Origin: an uncultured Clostridia bacterium
GTDB taxonomy: Bacteria; Bacillota; Clostridia; Oscillospirales; CAG-272
Direction of reading: 5' to 3'
Assembly (NCBI GenBank): GCA_937884385.1
Contig: CALGCW010000221.1
Span: 8,375-72,374 of the forward strand
Length of the DNA: 64,000 bases
The number at the start of each line of letters is the position of its first letter. The first letter of the stretch is position 1. Of the stretch, positions 26,818 to 36,820 are shown piece by piece. Both the position numbers and the translations under genes were made by a program. Under the pieces are notes generated by a model that searched no databases, was not told where the DNA came from, and worked only from the letters and a program-made list of their open reading frames with translations.

Positions 26818-29025
26818 TTAATTCTTAATAGATTGGTTTTTTATACTCTTCAAAATTGAGGATTTTTCGATATTTGTTTTTTCAGCATTAAAATAAATAT
26901 CATATTGGTATATACCGCTGCTGATCTCTTCAATTCTGCATATCTTCAATTCATTCATAATATCCATAATGAGTTTGATCTTTGCAAGTCTCATTTTACC
27001 GTTGGATACTGACTGAATCTTATGATATATCTCTACTTCCGTCATCATATCATTGCCAATACGGAACTCTTTTCTAAGCATGGAGTATACAGCGGCAAAG
27101 TCTTCTCTTATCGGAACAATACCGTCAGATGTATGAAATGGACCGCCACTCCTAATGGAAGCGTACAGTTCGTTTTCTTTTTTAAAGTAATCAATGTAAT
27201 CATCCGAAAGTTTGATATCCTGAATGATCATCTGAACACTTTCAACGTTTTGATACTTGTTGATATCAAGTGTGAAGAGAGCGTCGATTACATCGTTCTC
27301 TTTTATGTTCATTGTTAAATGAGAACGGTTAAACATAACGGCGTTTATTGTTTTACCGTCCTTTTCAAAGACGAATTTTGTGTGATTTCCCGATCCTATA
27401 AGATAAGCTCTCAAAACCTTTAATTCTTTGATGACGAAATTAGGTGCGGGATTCATGTTGCCGAATGGCTCAAGCAGAGACATCTCATTAGCTAATGAAA
27501 GTGTAAGATCGTGAATTCTGACTTGAAAATCTGCCTCTATTTTATAGTAAAGATCCTCTTCCTTAAGAGTTTGCTTTGCAAATTCATTAATCTTATCTCG
27601 GAAAGCATCGACGTCCTTGCGTCTGACAGACATACCGGCAGCCAACTCGTGACCGCCAAACTTAACAAGTGTATCTTTAGAATATGAAAGAGCTTCAACA
27701 AGGTTAAAGCCTCGAATGCTTCTTCCCGATCCCTTTCCTACGTCCAATCCGCTTTGAGGTCCGATGGAAGAGCCGTCAAAGGATATGAGTATTGACGGAA
27801 GCCCGTATTTTTCGGTCACTCTTGATGAAACTATACCAACAACTCCTTGAAGCCACTCATCGTCTGCGATAACAATGACACGTTGCTCGTTAAGATCAAG
27901 CTCGTTTTCTATCTTTTGATAGGCTGATTCGGCAATTCTGTTCTCTTCAATCTGCCTTGTATAGTTGATCTCGCAAAGCTCAAGTGCAAGAGCCTGGGCT
28001 ATGTCCCAATCATCTGCGAGCAATAATTCAACCGCTTTAGATGCGCTGCTGATTCGACCTGCAGCATTTATCCTGGGTGCAATAGTAAAACCAATAAACG
28101 TAGAATTGATTTTCCTGGGTTTTGCATTCTTTGTCCTATTGTCAGTGCCCACCGGGCGAACATTGGGATTTCCTCCAAGAGCAGCAGCCTCTATAAGTGC
28201 TTTCAGCCCGAGTCGATTTGTGTTTTTGATCATTTCAAGACCAAATTTGACGATGATTCTATTCTCGTCAATGATGGGCATAACGTCCGCGATTGTGCCT
28301 ATTGCGGCAAGGTCGGCAAATCTGTAATAGATCGACTTGACAGCATCTGCTTCGTGTTCTTTATCAAAAAAGAAGAGTGTTTCGAAGGCGCAAATTACTT
28401 TAAAAATAACTCCGACTCCAGCTAAATTCTTGAACGGATATTGGCAATCATCTCTGTGTGGGTTAATGACCGCAACTGCGTTTGGAATGCATTCCTGACA
28501 TTCGTGATGGTCAGTAATAACGATATCTATACCCAACTCTTTTGCAAATTCAGTTTCCTCTATAGCGGTAATGCCCGTATCTACGGTAATTATCAAGCTT
28601 ACTCCCAAAGTGGAAAGATGCTCAATTCCCTCCTTTGAGAGACCGTATCCCTCTCCCACTCTATTAGGGATATAATAACCCACATCTGCATCAAGTGCTT
28701 TTAAATACAGATAAAGCATCGTCACCGAAGTAACGCCGTCTACGTCATAATCGCCGTAAATAGCAATTCTTTCTCCGTTATCTATAGCTTTTTTGATGCG
28801 TTCAACTGCGGGGACAATATCCTTAAGTAAAAGGGCTGAGTACATCGAAACGTCTTCAAGGTTTAAAAACTTTGCTACATCTTCGGACGTTTTCAATCCT
28901 CTGTTATAAAGCAAGGAGGCGCATATTGGGGACAGATCGTGTTTGTTGCATATTTCTGAGATAGCTTGTCTGCTTTCCGGTGTATCGTTAAATTTTACAG
29001 ACCAAACAGTTTTTCTGCTTTTCAT
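26818..29025 (-). CDS. recJ: Single-stranded-DNA-specific exonuclease RecJ
   Basis: 735 aa. DHH motifs GDYDVDG, TVDTG, ITDHH and the DHHA1 GGH motif (FGGHELAAG). Confidence 0.9.
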   Translation of the reverse strand: MKSRKTVWSVKFNDTPESRQAISEICNKHDLSPICASLLYNRGLKTSEDVAKFLNLEDVSMYSALLLKDIVPAVERIKKAIDNGERIAIYGDYDVDGVTSVTMLYLYLKALDADVGYYIPNRVGEGYGLSKEGIEHLSTLGVSLIITVDTGITAIEETEFAKELGIDIVITDHHECQECIPNAVAVINPHRDDCQYPFKNLAGVGVIFKVICAFETLFFFDKEHEADAVKSIYYRFADLAAIGTIADVMPIIDENRIIVKFGLEMIKNTNRLGLKALIEAAALGGNPNVRPVGTDNRTKNAKPRKINSTFIGFTIAPRINAAGRISSASKAVELLLADDWDIAQALALELCEINYTRQIEENRIAESAYQKIENELDLNEQRVIVIADDEWLQGVVGIVSSRVTEKYGLPSILISFDGSSIGPQSGLDVGKGSGRSIRGFNLVEALSYSKDTLVKFGGHELAAGMSVRRKDVDAFRDKINEFAKQTLKEEDLYYKIEADFQVRIHDLTLSLANEMSLLEPFGNMNPAPNFVIKELKVLRAYLIGSGNHTKFVFEKDGKTINAVMFNRSHLTMNIKENDVIDALFTLDINKYQNVESVQMIIQDIKLSDDYIDYFKKENELYASIRSGGPFHTSDGIVPIREDFAAVYSMLRKEFRIGNDMMTEVEIYHKIQSVSNGKMRLAKIKLIMDIMNELKICRIEEISSGIYQYDIYFNAEKTNIEKSSILKSIKNQSIKN

Positions 29026-29042
29026 AATTACCTCCTTTACTT

Positions 29043-30629
29043 CTAATTTTTGTATTTTTTCATTATTTCCAAGGCGATCTTTATGCCGTCAATTGCGGAG
29101 CTCATTATTCCGCCTGCATATCCAGCACCTTCTCCGCAAGGATAGATCAGCGGATTTGAGATTGCCGTGAATTTATCGTTTCTCAATATTCTGATTGGTG
29201 CAGATGTGCGTGTTTCTACACCTGTTAATACGGCGTCGCTTACTGCAAAGCCTTTGATCTTTTTGTCAAAGGATGTAAATCCTTCCTTTAAGCGCGTGTT
29301 AACAAATTCCGGAAGCACGGTTGAGAGCCTGGAGACTCGTGTTCGAGTACCGTTGGCATAGGTGGGTAGAATTCTTGAAGGCTCCGCTGATGAGCGGTCA
29401 TTGAGAAAATCCCCCATAAGCTGAATTGGAGCAAAGTAATCACCACCGCCTGCAATAAAGGCTTTTCTCTCTATATTCTCTTGAAATTCGATCGCACGTA
29501 GCGGATCGTCACCGTAGTCCGAAGTGAAAACCGAAACATTTACGGCACAATTCGCATTTTTTCCGTCACGAGCATATCTGCTCATACCGTTTACGCAAAC
29601 ACCAAGCTCCTGGGATGTAGCAGGAACGACCTCACCACCCGGGCACATACAAAAGGTATATACGCCTCTTTCCTTTGTAGTATCGGAAAGATTATATTCT
29701 CCAACTCCAAGATCATTATGACCGGCATATTTCCCATATAATGCAAAGTCAATATCTTTTTGCAGATGCTCAACTCTTACTCCGATCGAAAAAGGCTTTG
29801 GAGCGATCACAAAATTGCGTTTCATAAGCATTCTGTATGTATCTCTTGCGCTGTGACCGAGAGCAAGCACCAATACTCCTGCAGAAAGCTCGCCCTTGGT
29901 TGTAGATATCCTGATACTGTCCGACAATGGAGTTATATCATCCATACGGCATCGGTAAACGACTGTTCCGCCAAGCTCCTCAATTCTTTTGAGGATATTA
30001 TCTACTACGGTAGTCAATATGTCAGTTCCGATATGAGGCTTAGTTTTGGTGGAGATATCGTTAGGCGCGCCGAATTCTATAAATCTCGAAAGAACGTAAG
30101 AGCATCGGTTGTCATTGATTCTTGTGGTCAACTTTCCATCGGAGAATGTACCTGCTCCTCCCGCGCCGAACTGAACGTTAGATTCTGTATCAAGCTTACC
30201 TGTTTTAATAAAGAGTTCAAGTGCTTTAGTTCTGCTTTGAACGTCGTCTCCGCGGTCTATAATAATCGGTCTGTATCCGTTTTCCGCAAGAAGTAAAGCA
30301 CAAAAGAGTCCTGCGGGGCCCATACCGACAACAACGGGTCTCTCGTTCAAAAGCTCATTGCCACACTCAACGATTAAGGTTTCGTTTTCTATTTTTTTAA
30401 ACTGACTTGACTCAAGAAGTTCAACATCGTAGGGCGTTTCTGCTATTACACTGTATACCAAACGAATATTATTCTTATCTCTTGCGTCAACTGATTTTCT
30501 GTGAATGGAAAACGTAAAATCACTTGCACGCATTCCCTCGCGTGCTAACGCTTTTTTTGCCTGTGCAAAAGCCTTATCAACACTTTCTCCGAGAGTCAGC
30601 TTGATATTGTTTATCAGTAATTTAGTCAT
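29043..30629 (-). CDS. FAD-dependent dehydrogenase (COG2509-like)
   Basis: 528 aa. Dinucleotide fold VVGMGPAGLFCALLLAENG and C-terminal GEGAGYAGGI. Overlaps the upstream cdaR-like stop by 8 nt. Confidence 0.75.
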   Translation of the reverse strand: MTKLLINNIKLTLGESVDKAFAQAKKALAREGMRASDFTFSIHRKSVDARDKNNIRLVYSVIAETPYDVELLESSQFKKIENETLIVECGNELLNERPVVVGMGPAGLFCALLLAENGYRPIIIDRGDDVQSRTKALELFIKTGKLDTESNVQFGAGGAGTFSDGKLTTRINDNRCSYVLSRFIEFGAPNDISTKTKPHIGTDILTTVVDNILKRIEELGGTVVYRCRMDDITPLSDSIRISTTKGELSAGVLVLALGHSARDTYRMLMKRNFVIAPKPFSIGVRVEHLQKDIDFALYGKYAGHNDLGVGEYNLSDTTKERGVYTFCMCPGGEVVPATSQELGVCVNGMSRYARDGKNANCAVNVSVFTSDYGDDPLRAIEFQENIERKAFIAGGGDYFAPIQLMGDFLNDRSSAEPSRILPTYANGTRTRVSRLSTVLPEFVNTRLKEGFTSFDKKIKGFAVSDAVLTGVETRTSAPIRILRNDKFTAISNPLIYPCGEGAGYAGGIMSSAIDGIKIALEIMKKYKN

Positions 30630-31044
30630 TCTTTGTATGAAGTGTTAAATATAACTGCTGCGTTTTGCTTGAGATTTTTTTGGGATACTGCAAGTTTACC
30701 AATGTTTTTGTATCGTATTTAGCAAACTCTTTTCTGTCGATCTTTACGTTGATGCTATTGACATTTCCTAAAATGGATTGCTCGCCGTAAACGGTGATAT
30801 TCTTGGATTGTGTATCTAAGTACTCGCCTGATTCTGCATTAATAAGTATAAAGTTTACGGTAATATTCTTTTCAATGATCGGGTCTTCAACATAAAGTGC
30901 GTAGCACCAAAATACAAATGCCAATGCCAAGCAAAAAATGAATATAAAAACGTTTAAAATTCTGAATTTTTTGGGGGCATTCACTTCGCTGGCTGTAGTG
31001 TATTCGACTTCTGTGTCAGAATTCTTACTGAACTTGATTCTCAT
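30622..31044 (-). CDS. cdaR: YbbR-like domain protein (short CdaR-type regulator of CdaA)
   Basis: 140 aa with an N-terminal TM segment and one beta-rich YbbR-like module. Shows 4-nt overlap with the cdaA stop. Assignment is mainly by operon position. Confidence 0.55.
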   Translation of the reverse strand: MRIKFSKNSDTEVEYTTASEVNAPKKFRILNVFIFIFCLALAFVFWCYALYVEDPIIEKNITVNFILINAESGEYLDTQSKNITVYGEQSILGNVNSINVKIDRKEFAKYDTKTLVNLQYPKKISSKTQQLYLTLHTKND

Positions 31045-31925
31045 TTGTTTTTCCCCCTTGTTGATTTCTTATTTGAAGTACCTTTGTTTTCAGTTGGGAG
31101 CAAGTGTTGCTCGAGCTCTGATTTCAAAGACTTATAGCTATAATTTTGCTTGAGATTTCCGTCGTATGCGATAGAGATTCTGCCTGTTTCTTCGGAAACG
31201 ATGATAACGATGGCGTCACTTTCTTCAGTTATTCCCAATCCGGCGCGGTGTCTTGTACCTATGTTTTCATCGATATTCTCTTGAAGCGAGAGGGGTAAGA
31301 AGCATCCTGCAGAATATACTCTGTAATTTCTGAGAATAACTGCTCCGTCGTGAAGCGGAGCCTTATTATAAAAAATATTTTTTAGAAGCTGAGCACTTAG
31401 CTGTGCGTTTATCATAGTTCCGGTCTTTATATGCTCACCAAGCTTGGTAGACCTTTCAATGACTATTAGCGCTCCTGTTTTTTCCATAGAGAGATCACAT
31501 ACTGTTTGGGTAATAATCTCTATGGATTGATTTATGTAAGATGCGCTTCGCGTGTCGTTGGAAATATGCTTGATGTTTGATATAGGTGCATTTCCAAGCT
31601 TTTCAAGCGCAGAACGCAACTCCGGCTGGAACATTATTATGATTGCGATGATTCCCGCCTGTGTAAAGTTGCGGAAAATAAAGCTCATTGCCCTAAGATC
31701 GAACCACCAGCTTAAAACGATGATCATCAATAAGAATATCATTCCGAGCGCAAGTCTCGCTGCTCTTCTGTCAATTATGAATTTAAATACGAAGTAGAAG
31801 ATAAAGGACAAAATCAATATATCCAAAATATCCTTTCCTTCAATGTGCTCTAATCTGAAAAGCACGTGCATTTTAAAGAGATGAAGAATCTGTTGTAAAA
31901 TGGCTTTAATATATTCCATAGGCAA
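31041..31925 (-). CDS. cdaA: Diadenylate cyclase CdaA
   Basis: Three N-terminal TM segments plus a DAC domain with DGAVIL, RHRAGLG and SEETG motifs. Confidence 0.9.
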   Translation of the reverse strand: MPMEYIKAILQQILHLFKMHVLFRLEHIEGKDILDILILSFIFYFVFKFIIDRRAARLALGMIFLLMIIVLSWWFDLRAMSFIFRNFTQAGIIAIIIMFQPELRSALEKLGNAPISNIKHISNDTRSASYINQSIEIITQTVCDLSMEKTGALIVIERSTKLGEHIKTGTMINAQLSAQLLKNIFYNKAPLHDGAVILRNYRVYSAGCFLPLSLQENIDENIGTRHRAGLGITEESDAIVIIVSEETGRISIAYDGNLKQNYSYKSLKSELEQHLLPTENKGTSNKKSTRGKNK

Positions 31926-31988
31926 TCTCCTCTGTATAACGTTAACACTTCTTGACTAAAAGAAGATATAAATAGGCATTCTCTAAAC

Positions 31989-32017
31989 ATTATAACATAT
32001 ATATTGAAAAAATACAA
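31989..32017 (-). promoter_or_regulatory. Candidate cdaA promoter
   Basis: Minus strand TTGTAT (32017-32012), 17 nt, TGtTATAAT (-10 at 31994-31989). Confidence 0.5.
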
Positions 32018-32071
32018 ATGTTTTTATAAAATTTTTCCGCAAAAATCAAGAAAAAATAGCATTTTTTAGTC

Positions 32072-32110
32072 AAAAAAACTCTCTCAAAAGCAGTTTTGCC
32101 TTTGAGAGAG
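32072..32110 (-). terminator. Intrinsic terminator of yebC
   Basis: 10-bp stem CTCTCTCAAA/TTTGAGAGAG plus an inner GCA/TGC. Followed by a U7 run on the minus strand. Confidence 0.8.
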
Positions 32111-32129
32111 TTGGAATTACCAAATTATG

Positions 32130-32861
32130 TTATTCATCACAGTTTTCCCAGTTATGGTAAACGTTCATAACGTCATCGTGATCTTCGAGATTTTCAAGTA
32201 AAAGATTCATATACTTGATGTCATCGGGATTGTCGAGCGTTACGTAATTAGATGCGATCTTATCCTTTTCGCAGGATTCGATTTCGTATCCAGCATCAAC
32301 AAGTGCGTCGTTTACAGCATAAAGATCATCGGGCTCTGTATAGATTTCAAATACATCCCCATCGCTTGAAAAGTCGGAAGCACCTGCTTCAAGAGCGGCT
32401 TCCATAAGAGCATCTTCGTCACTTACGTTCTCCTTGAGGATGATGATAACACCCTGCTCCGTGAAAAGGTAGCTTACGCAGCCTGTCTGTCCGAGATTTC
32501 CCTTGAATTTTGAAAAATAGGATCTGACGTCACCGGCGGTTCTGTTGCGGTTATCTGTAGAGGCTTCAACAATAACTGCAATACCTGCAGGTCCGTAGCC
32601 CTCATAAACGATCTCTTCGTAAACAGTGTTGGTTTCACCAAGAGCCTTTTTGATAGTACGCTCAATATTATCGTTGGGTACGTTATTGGATTTAGCCTTG
32701 GCGATAAGATCCCTAAGCTTCGCGTTTACAGTTGGGTCACCGCCGCCTGCCTTAACTGCTACTGTGATCTCCTTGCCGATCTTAGTAAAAATTTTAGCCT
32801 TTTGAGCATCGGTCTTCTCTTTTTTGTGTTTAATATTGTTCCATTTACTATGTCCTGACAT
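32130..32861 (-). CDS. yebC: YebC/PmpR-family DNA-binding transcriptional regulator
   Basis: 243 aa. MSGHSKWNNIKHKK start and conserved body. Confidence 0.93.
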   Translation of the reverse strand: MSGHSKWNNIKHKKEKTDAQKAKIFTKIGKEITVAVKAGGGDPTVNAKLRDLIAKAKSNNVPNDNIERTIKKALGETNTVYEEIVYEGYGPAGIAVIVEASTDNRNRTAGDVRSYFSKFKGNLGQTGCVSYLFTEQGVIIILKENVSDEDALMEAALEAGASDFSSDGDVFEIYTEPDDLYAVNDALVDAGYEIESCEKDKIASNYVTLDNPDDIKYMNLLLENLEDHDDVMNVYHNWENCDE

Positions 32862-32928
32862 AATTTATCTCCTGAATAAAATTAACTCAATTATTTTACC
32901 ACTATATCAATCAATTGTCAATAATCTT

Positions 32929-34641
32929 TTAGATTTTTTCAGTCTTTTTCAAGCAAATAAGCTCAAATGCATTGCCAAGCACAAGGTTTGCTGCCTTTGT
33001 GAGCGCAATTCTCGTTGACAATACATCACTATCGCTTACCGAAAGGATCTGGCAGTTGTGATAGAATCTGTTGAATGCCGTTGCAACGTCAAGAATATAT
33101 CTTGTAATTACCGAAGGCTCGTATGCTTCGATAGCTTCGAATACCTTCTCGGGGAAACGAGCCAAAGCCTTTACAAGCTCTCTTTCGTCGTCACAGGTAA
33201 GTTTAATGCTTCCGTTCGTGTCTATTGCTTTTGCCTTGTCGATCAAGGAACAGCTTCTTGCATAGGTGTACTGAACGTAGGGACCTGTATTTCCGTCAAA
33301 TGAGAGCGCATCCTCAAGGACAAAGTTGATGTCTCTTATTCTGTTGCTTGAGAGGTAATAGAAAACTATAGCACCTACGCCAACAGCTTCCGCTACCTCG
33401 TCTTTATTCTCAAGGTCGGGGTTCTTCTCATCCATTATATCAGATACCTTTTCAATAGCTTGCGCGAACAGATCCTTCAAAAGTATAACGTTTCCGGTTC
33501 TTGTGGCAAGCTTTGCGCCGTTGATGCTTACCGTACCGTAAGGAACGTGAACAAGCTTGTCGTACCAATCATACTGCATAAGCTCTACTACCTTGAACCA
33601 CTGAGCAAAGTGAAGGCTTTGACCTGCACTTGTGACGTAGATTGCTTTATCAAAATCATACGTCTGCTTTCTGTATACTGCCGCAGCAATATCACGTGTG
33701 GGATAAAGAGTTGAACCGTCACGCTTTAAAATGAGGCAAGGAGGCATATTGTATGTTTCAAGATCAACGATGGATGCACCGTCGTCTATCTTAAGAAGAC
33801 CCATCTCGCGGAGCTTCTGAACCTGCGCGGGCATCTTGTCCGTGTAAAAGCTTTCGCCCTTATAGCTGTCAAATTCAATTCCGAGCTGGGCATACGTCTT
33901 TTTGTATTCTGCAATACTGATCTCAATGAACCATTTCCAAAGGGCTATGTTTTCTTCATCGCCAAGCTCAAGCTTGTGGAATTCTGCTCTTGCTTCATCT
34001 TCGAGCGCGTTATCCTCTTCGGCAGCGTGGTGGAATTTAACGTACAGCTCAACAAGCTTATCTATTCCACCTTCTATGATAGCATCTCTGTCGCCCCACT
34101 TTTTGTAGGCAACTATCATTTTTCCAAACTGAGTTCCCCAGTCACCGAGATAGTTTATTCCGACACAATTGTAGCCAACAAATTCGTGAAGCTTTTTGAG
34201 CGAGTGCCCTATAACCGTAGTACCGAGATGTCCGATATGGAAGGGCTTTGCAACGTTGGGAGATGAATAGTCCAAAACGACTGTTTTTCCCTCTCCGATG
34301 CTTGCAGAACCGTATTTATTACCCTTATAAAGGATCTCTTCAGAAACGACGTGAGCAAGATAATCGTCACTGATCGCGATATTGAGATATCCGTTTACAG
34401 CTTCTGCCTTTGCAATATCCGCATCCGCAAGACCGTCAGCTATGGTCTGAGCGATCTGTACAGGAGAGCGTCTTAAAGAACGGGAAAGTTTAAAGCAAGG
34501 GAGAGCAATATCGCCCATAGTATTGTCAGGCGGATATTCAAGCATTGACAAAATATCAGATTCATTGATTTGAACCTCACCAAAGCTTTCATTTATTTTT
34601 TTGAGTATTTTTTTTGATAATAACTTCTTGTAGTTTTGCAT
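32929..34641 (-). CDS. argS: Arginine--tRNA ligase
   Basis: 570 aa. Class I HIGH-like motif (PFHIGHLG) and the DALR anticodon-binding C-terminus. Confidence 0.95.
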   Translation of the reverse strand: MQNYKKLLSKKILKKINESFGEVQINESDILSMLEYPPDNTMGDIALPCFKLSRSLRRSPVQIAQTIADGLADADIAKAEAVNGYLNIAISDDYLAHVVSEEILYKGNKYGSASIGEGKTVVLDYSSPNVAKPFHIGHLGTTVIGHSLKKLHEFVGYNCVGINYLGDWGTQFGKMIVAYKKWGDRDAIIEGGIDKLVELYVKFHHAAEEDNALEDEARAEFHKLELGDEENIALWKWFIEISIAEYKKTYAQLGIEFDSYKGESFYTDKMPAQVQKLREMGLLKIDDGASIVDLETYNMPPCLILKRDGSTLYPTRDIAAAVYRKQTYDFDKAIYVTSAGQSLHFAQWFKVVELMQYDWYDKLVHVPYGTVSINGAKLATRTGNVILLKDLFAQAIEKVSDIMDEKNPDLENKDEVAEAVGVGAIVFYYLSSNRIRDINFVLEDALSFDGNTGPYVQYTYARSCSLIDKAKAIDTNGSIKLTCDDERELVKALARFPEKVFEAIEAYEPSVITRYILDVATAFNRFYHNCQILSVSDSDVLSTRIALTKAANLVLGNAFELICLKKTEKI

Positions 34642-34674
34642 ATGTTTACCTTTCTTTACTGTTTGTATATCTAT

Positions 34675-36342
34675 TTACAGTTTTATTCCCTCTTCTATCA
34701 TTTCTTTTGCGGCAACAAGCTGGTTGTCAGTGATATTTAAACCGCCAAGAATACGTGCGATCTCGTTTATCCTACCTGTGGTGTCAAGTGTTTTCAGGTC
34801 AGTCTGAGTGGATGCGTTTACATCGTGCTTGTATATAAGATAATGACTGCTTGAGAGCGATGCTATTTGTGCAGAGTGTGTTACACAGATGACCTGAACG
34901 TGTTTGGATATTTGCTTTAATTTGATACCGACCTTGCGGGCTGTTTTGCCGGATATGCCTGTATCGATCTCATCGAAGATCACCGAGCCTACACCGTCCT
35001 TGTCAAGGAGTATGCTCTTAATGGCGAGCATAATTCTTGAAAGCTCACCTCCAGAAGCAATCTTTATCATTGGCATTGGCTCCTGACCGCTGTTTGCGGA
35101 TATCAAAAACTCAATATCATCACTTCCGTTAGCTCCGGGCTCAGGCAGCTTTTTGATATCAATAATAAAGTTGACCTTTGGCATTTCAAGGAAAGAAAGC
35201 TCCTTCATAATTGCGTTTTGCAATTCAAAAGCGGCTTTTTTTCTTGATTGTGTCAGATGATATGCTTTGGTGTCTATCAGCTCTTTTGCTTTTGCAAGCT
35301 CTGATTCGGTTTCTTTTATGAGGTCATCTGAATTATCCATTGCTTCGATGGAGTCGGAAAGCTGCTTGCGAAACTCCAAAATATCTTCAATTGTATTTCC
35401 GTACTTTTTCTTCAGCTTGCTTATGGCATTTAAGCGTTCACCTATCTTGTCAAGCTTCTTTTCGGCTGAAGTATCATCACTGTCTCCCCATTCCTGAACC
35501 GTATCTGCAATATCCTCAAGCTCATATTGAACCTGAAGCAGCCTTTCGGAAAGAGTGCCCGCTTCTTCAATTACTGCGGCAAGATGAGTCATTGAAGAAT
35601 TTGCCTTGTCGATCAAGGATATAATACCTTTTTCAGAGCCTTTGATAAGATGATACGTGAATTTCGAATGCTTTTGTATCTTTTCAAGATTTTCAAGTCT
35701 CCGTTCCTCGGCAAGGAGCTTTTCTTCTTCCCCAACACGAGGCTGAACACTATCTATCTCCTTAGCTTGAAACTGATAAATGTCATATAATCTTGCTTTT
35801 TCCAAAGCATTTCCCTTTAACGATTTCAACTTGTCAGATAGAAACATATATTTTTGAAAGGCGATTTGATAATCGGATTTGATATCAGTGATATCTGCAT
35901 ATCTGTCTAAAATCTCAAGATGCTCGCTTTTTTGCATAAGCTTTTGATTATCGTGTTGACCGTGTATGGTGATCAGATGTGAGGCGATTTCTTTAGCCAG
36001 AGCTTGTGTTACCGTTTGCCCGTTCAGCTTGTATACGCTTTTACCTTCGATGTTGAAACTTCTCTGAAACATCAATCCGCCATCAATTTCAAAACCGAGC
36101 TCGGTAAGCATGCTTGCAAATACATGAGGAATATCCTCAAAGCAAGCACGAATGATCGCCTCTTTCTCTCCGTTTCGTATCTTACCCTTTATCGGACGTG
36201 AACCGAGAAGAATACCTATCGAGTCTATAATTACTGACTTTCCCGCGCCGGTCTCCCCGGTCAACACGGAAAATCCTACGGAAAAATCAATATTAATTTC
36301 CTTGACTATGGCAATATTTTTGATGTATAAGGAGGTTATCAT
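34675..36342 (-). CDS. recN: DNA repair protein RecN
   Basis: 555 aa. Walker A GETGAGKS, long coiled coil, C-terminal signature SGGELSR and Walker B IFDEID. Confidence 0.93.
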   Translation of the reverse strand: MITSLYIKNIAIVKEINIDFSVGFSVLTGETGAGKSVIIDSIGILLGSRPIKGKIRNGEKEAIIRACFEDIPHVFASMLTELGFEIDGGLMFQRSFNIEGKSVYKLNGQTVTQALAKEIASHLITIHGQHDNQKLMQKSEHLEILDRYADITDIKSDYQIAFQKYMFLSDKLKSLKGNALEKARLYDIYQFQAKEIDSVQPRVGEEEKLLAEERRLENLEKIQKHSKFTYHLIKGSEKGIISLIDKANSSMTHLAAVIEEAGTLSERLLQVQYELEDIADTVQEWGDSDDTSAEKKLDKIGERLNAISKLKKKYGNTIEDILEFRKQLSDSIEAMDNSDDLIKETESELAKAKELIDTKAYHLTQSRKKAAFELQNAIMKELSFLEMPKVNFIIDIKKLPEPGANGSDDIEFLISANSGQEPMPMIKIASGGELSRIMLAIKSILLDKDGVGSVIFDEIDTGISGKTARKVGIKLKQISKHVQVICVTHSAQIASLSSSHYLIYKHDVNASTQTDLKTLDTTGRINEIARILGGLNITDNQLVAAKEMIEEGIKL

Positions 36343-36794
36343 CTTTTGACCTCGGAAATCATTTCCTTTATTTTTGTACCTATTACCTGTGCGAAATCGG
36401 GAGTAGTGGTGACGATAAATATGGTATCATCACCTGCAACGCAACCTAAGATGTCCTCGGATTTGATATTATCTATATCTGTGGCAACGGCTTGCGCCAT
36501 ACCTGCGTGTGTTTTGATAACGACTATGTTCATAGCGCAATTAACGGAAACGATCAAATGCATAAGAGATGCATTCAGCTTATTAATGTCATTTATATTG
36601 CCCGGCATGGTATAGTAATAGCCGTTCTGCTCGTCGGATACTTTAGTAAGATTTAATTCTCTAATATCCCTTGACATGGTTGCCTGGGTGGCAGAAAATC
36701 CGCTTTCCTTGAGCCTTCTTATAAGCTCGTCCTGCGTGTCTATTCTATATTCCTTTATTAACTCTTTTATCTTCGCTTGGCGATCCTTTTTCAT
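36339..36794 (-). CDS. argR: Arginine repressor
   Basis: 151 aa. Winged-helix ATQATMSRDI and C-terminal GCVAGDDTI. 4-nt overlap with the recN start. Confidence 0.9.
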   Translation of the reverse strand: MKKDRQAKIKELIKEYRIDTQDELIRRLKESGFSATQATMSRDIRELNLTKVSDEQNGYYYTMPGNINDINKLNASLMHLIVSVNCAMNIVVIKTHAGMAQAVATDIDNIKSEDILGCVAGDDTIFIVTTTPDFAQVIGTKIKEMISEVKR

Positions 36795-36820
36795 TTGGTA
36801 TACTCCTTACAATACTGGAA

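Noticed and set aside
34642-34674. Searched for T-box or riboswitch leaders upstream of argS (34642-34674), metF (46961-47026), cysK (51763-51858) and ribF (42731).
   Set aside because: These spacers are 1-96 nt. That is too short for a T-box (about 200 nt), SAM or FMN aptamer, and no specifier/antiterminator-like structure is visible.
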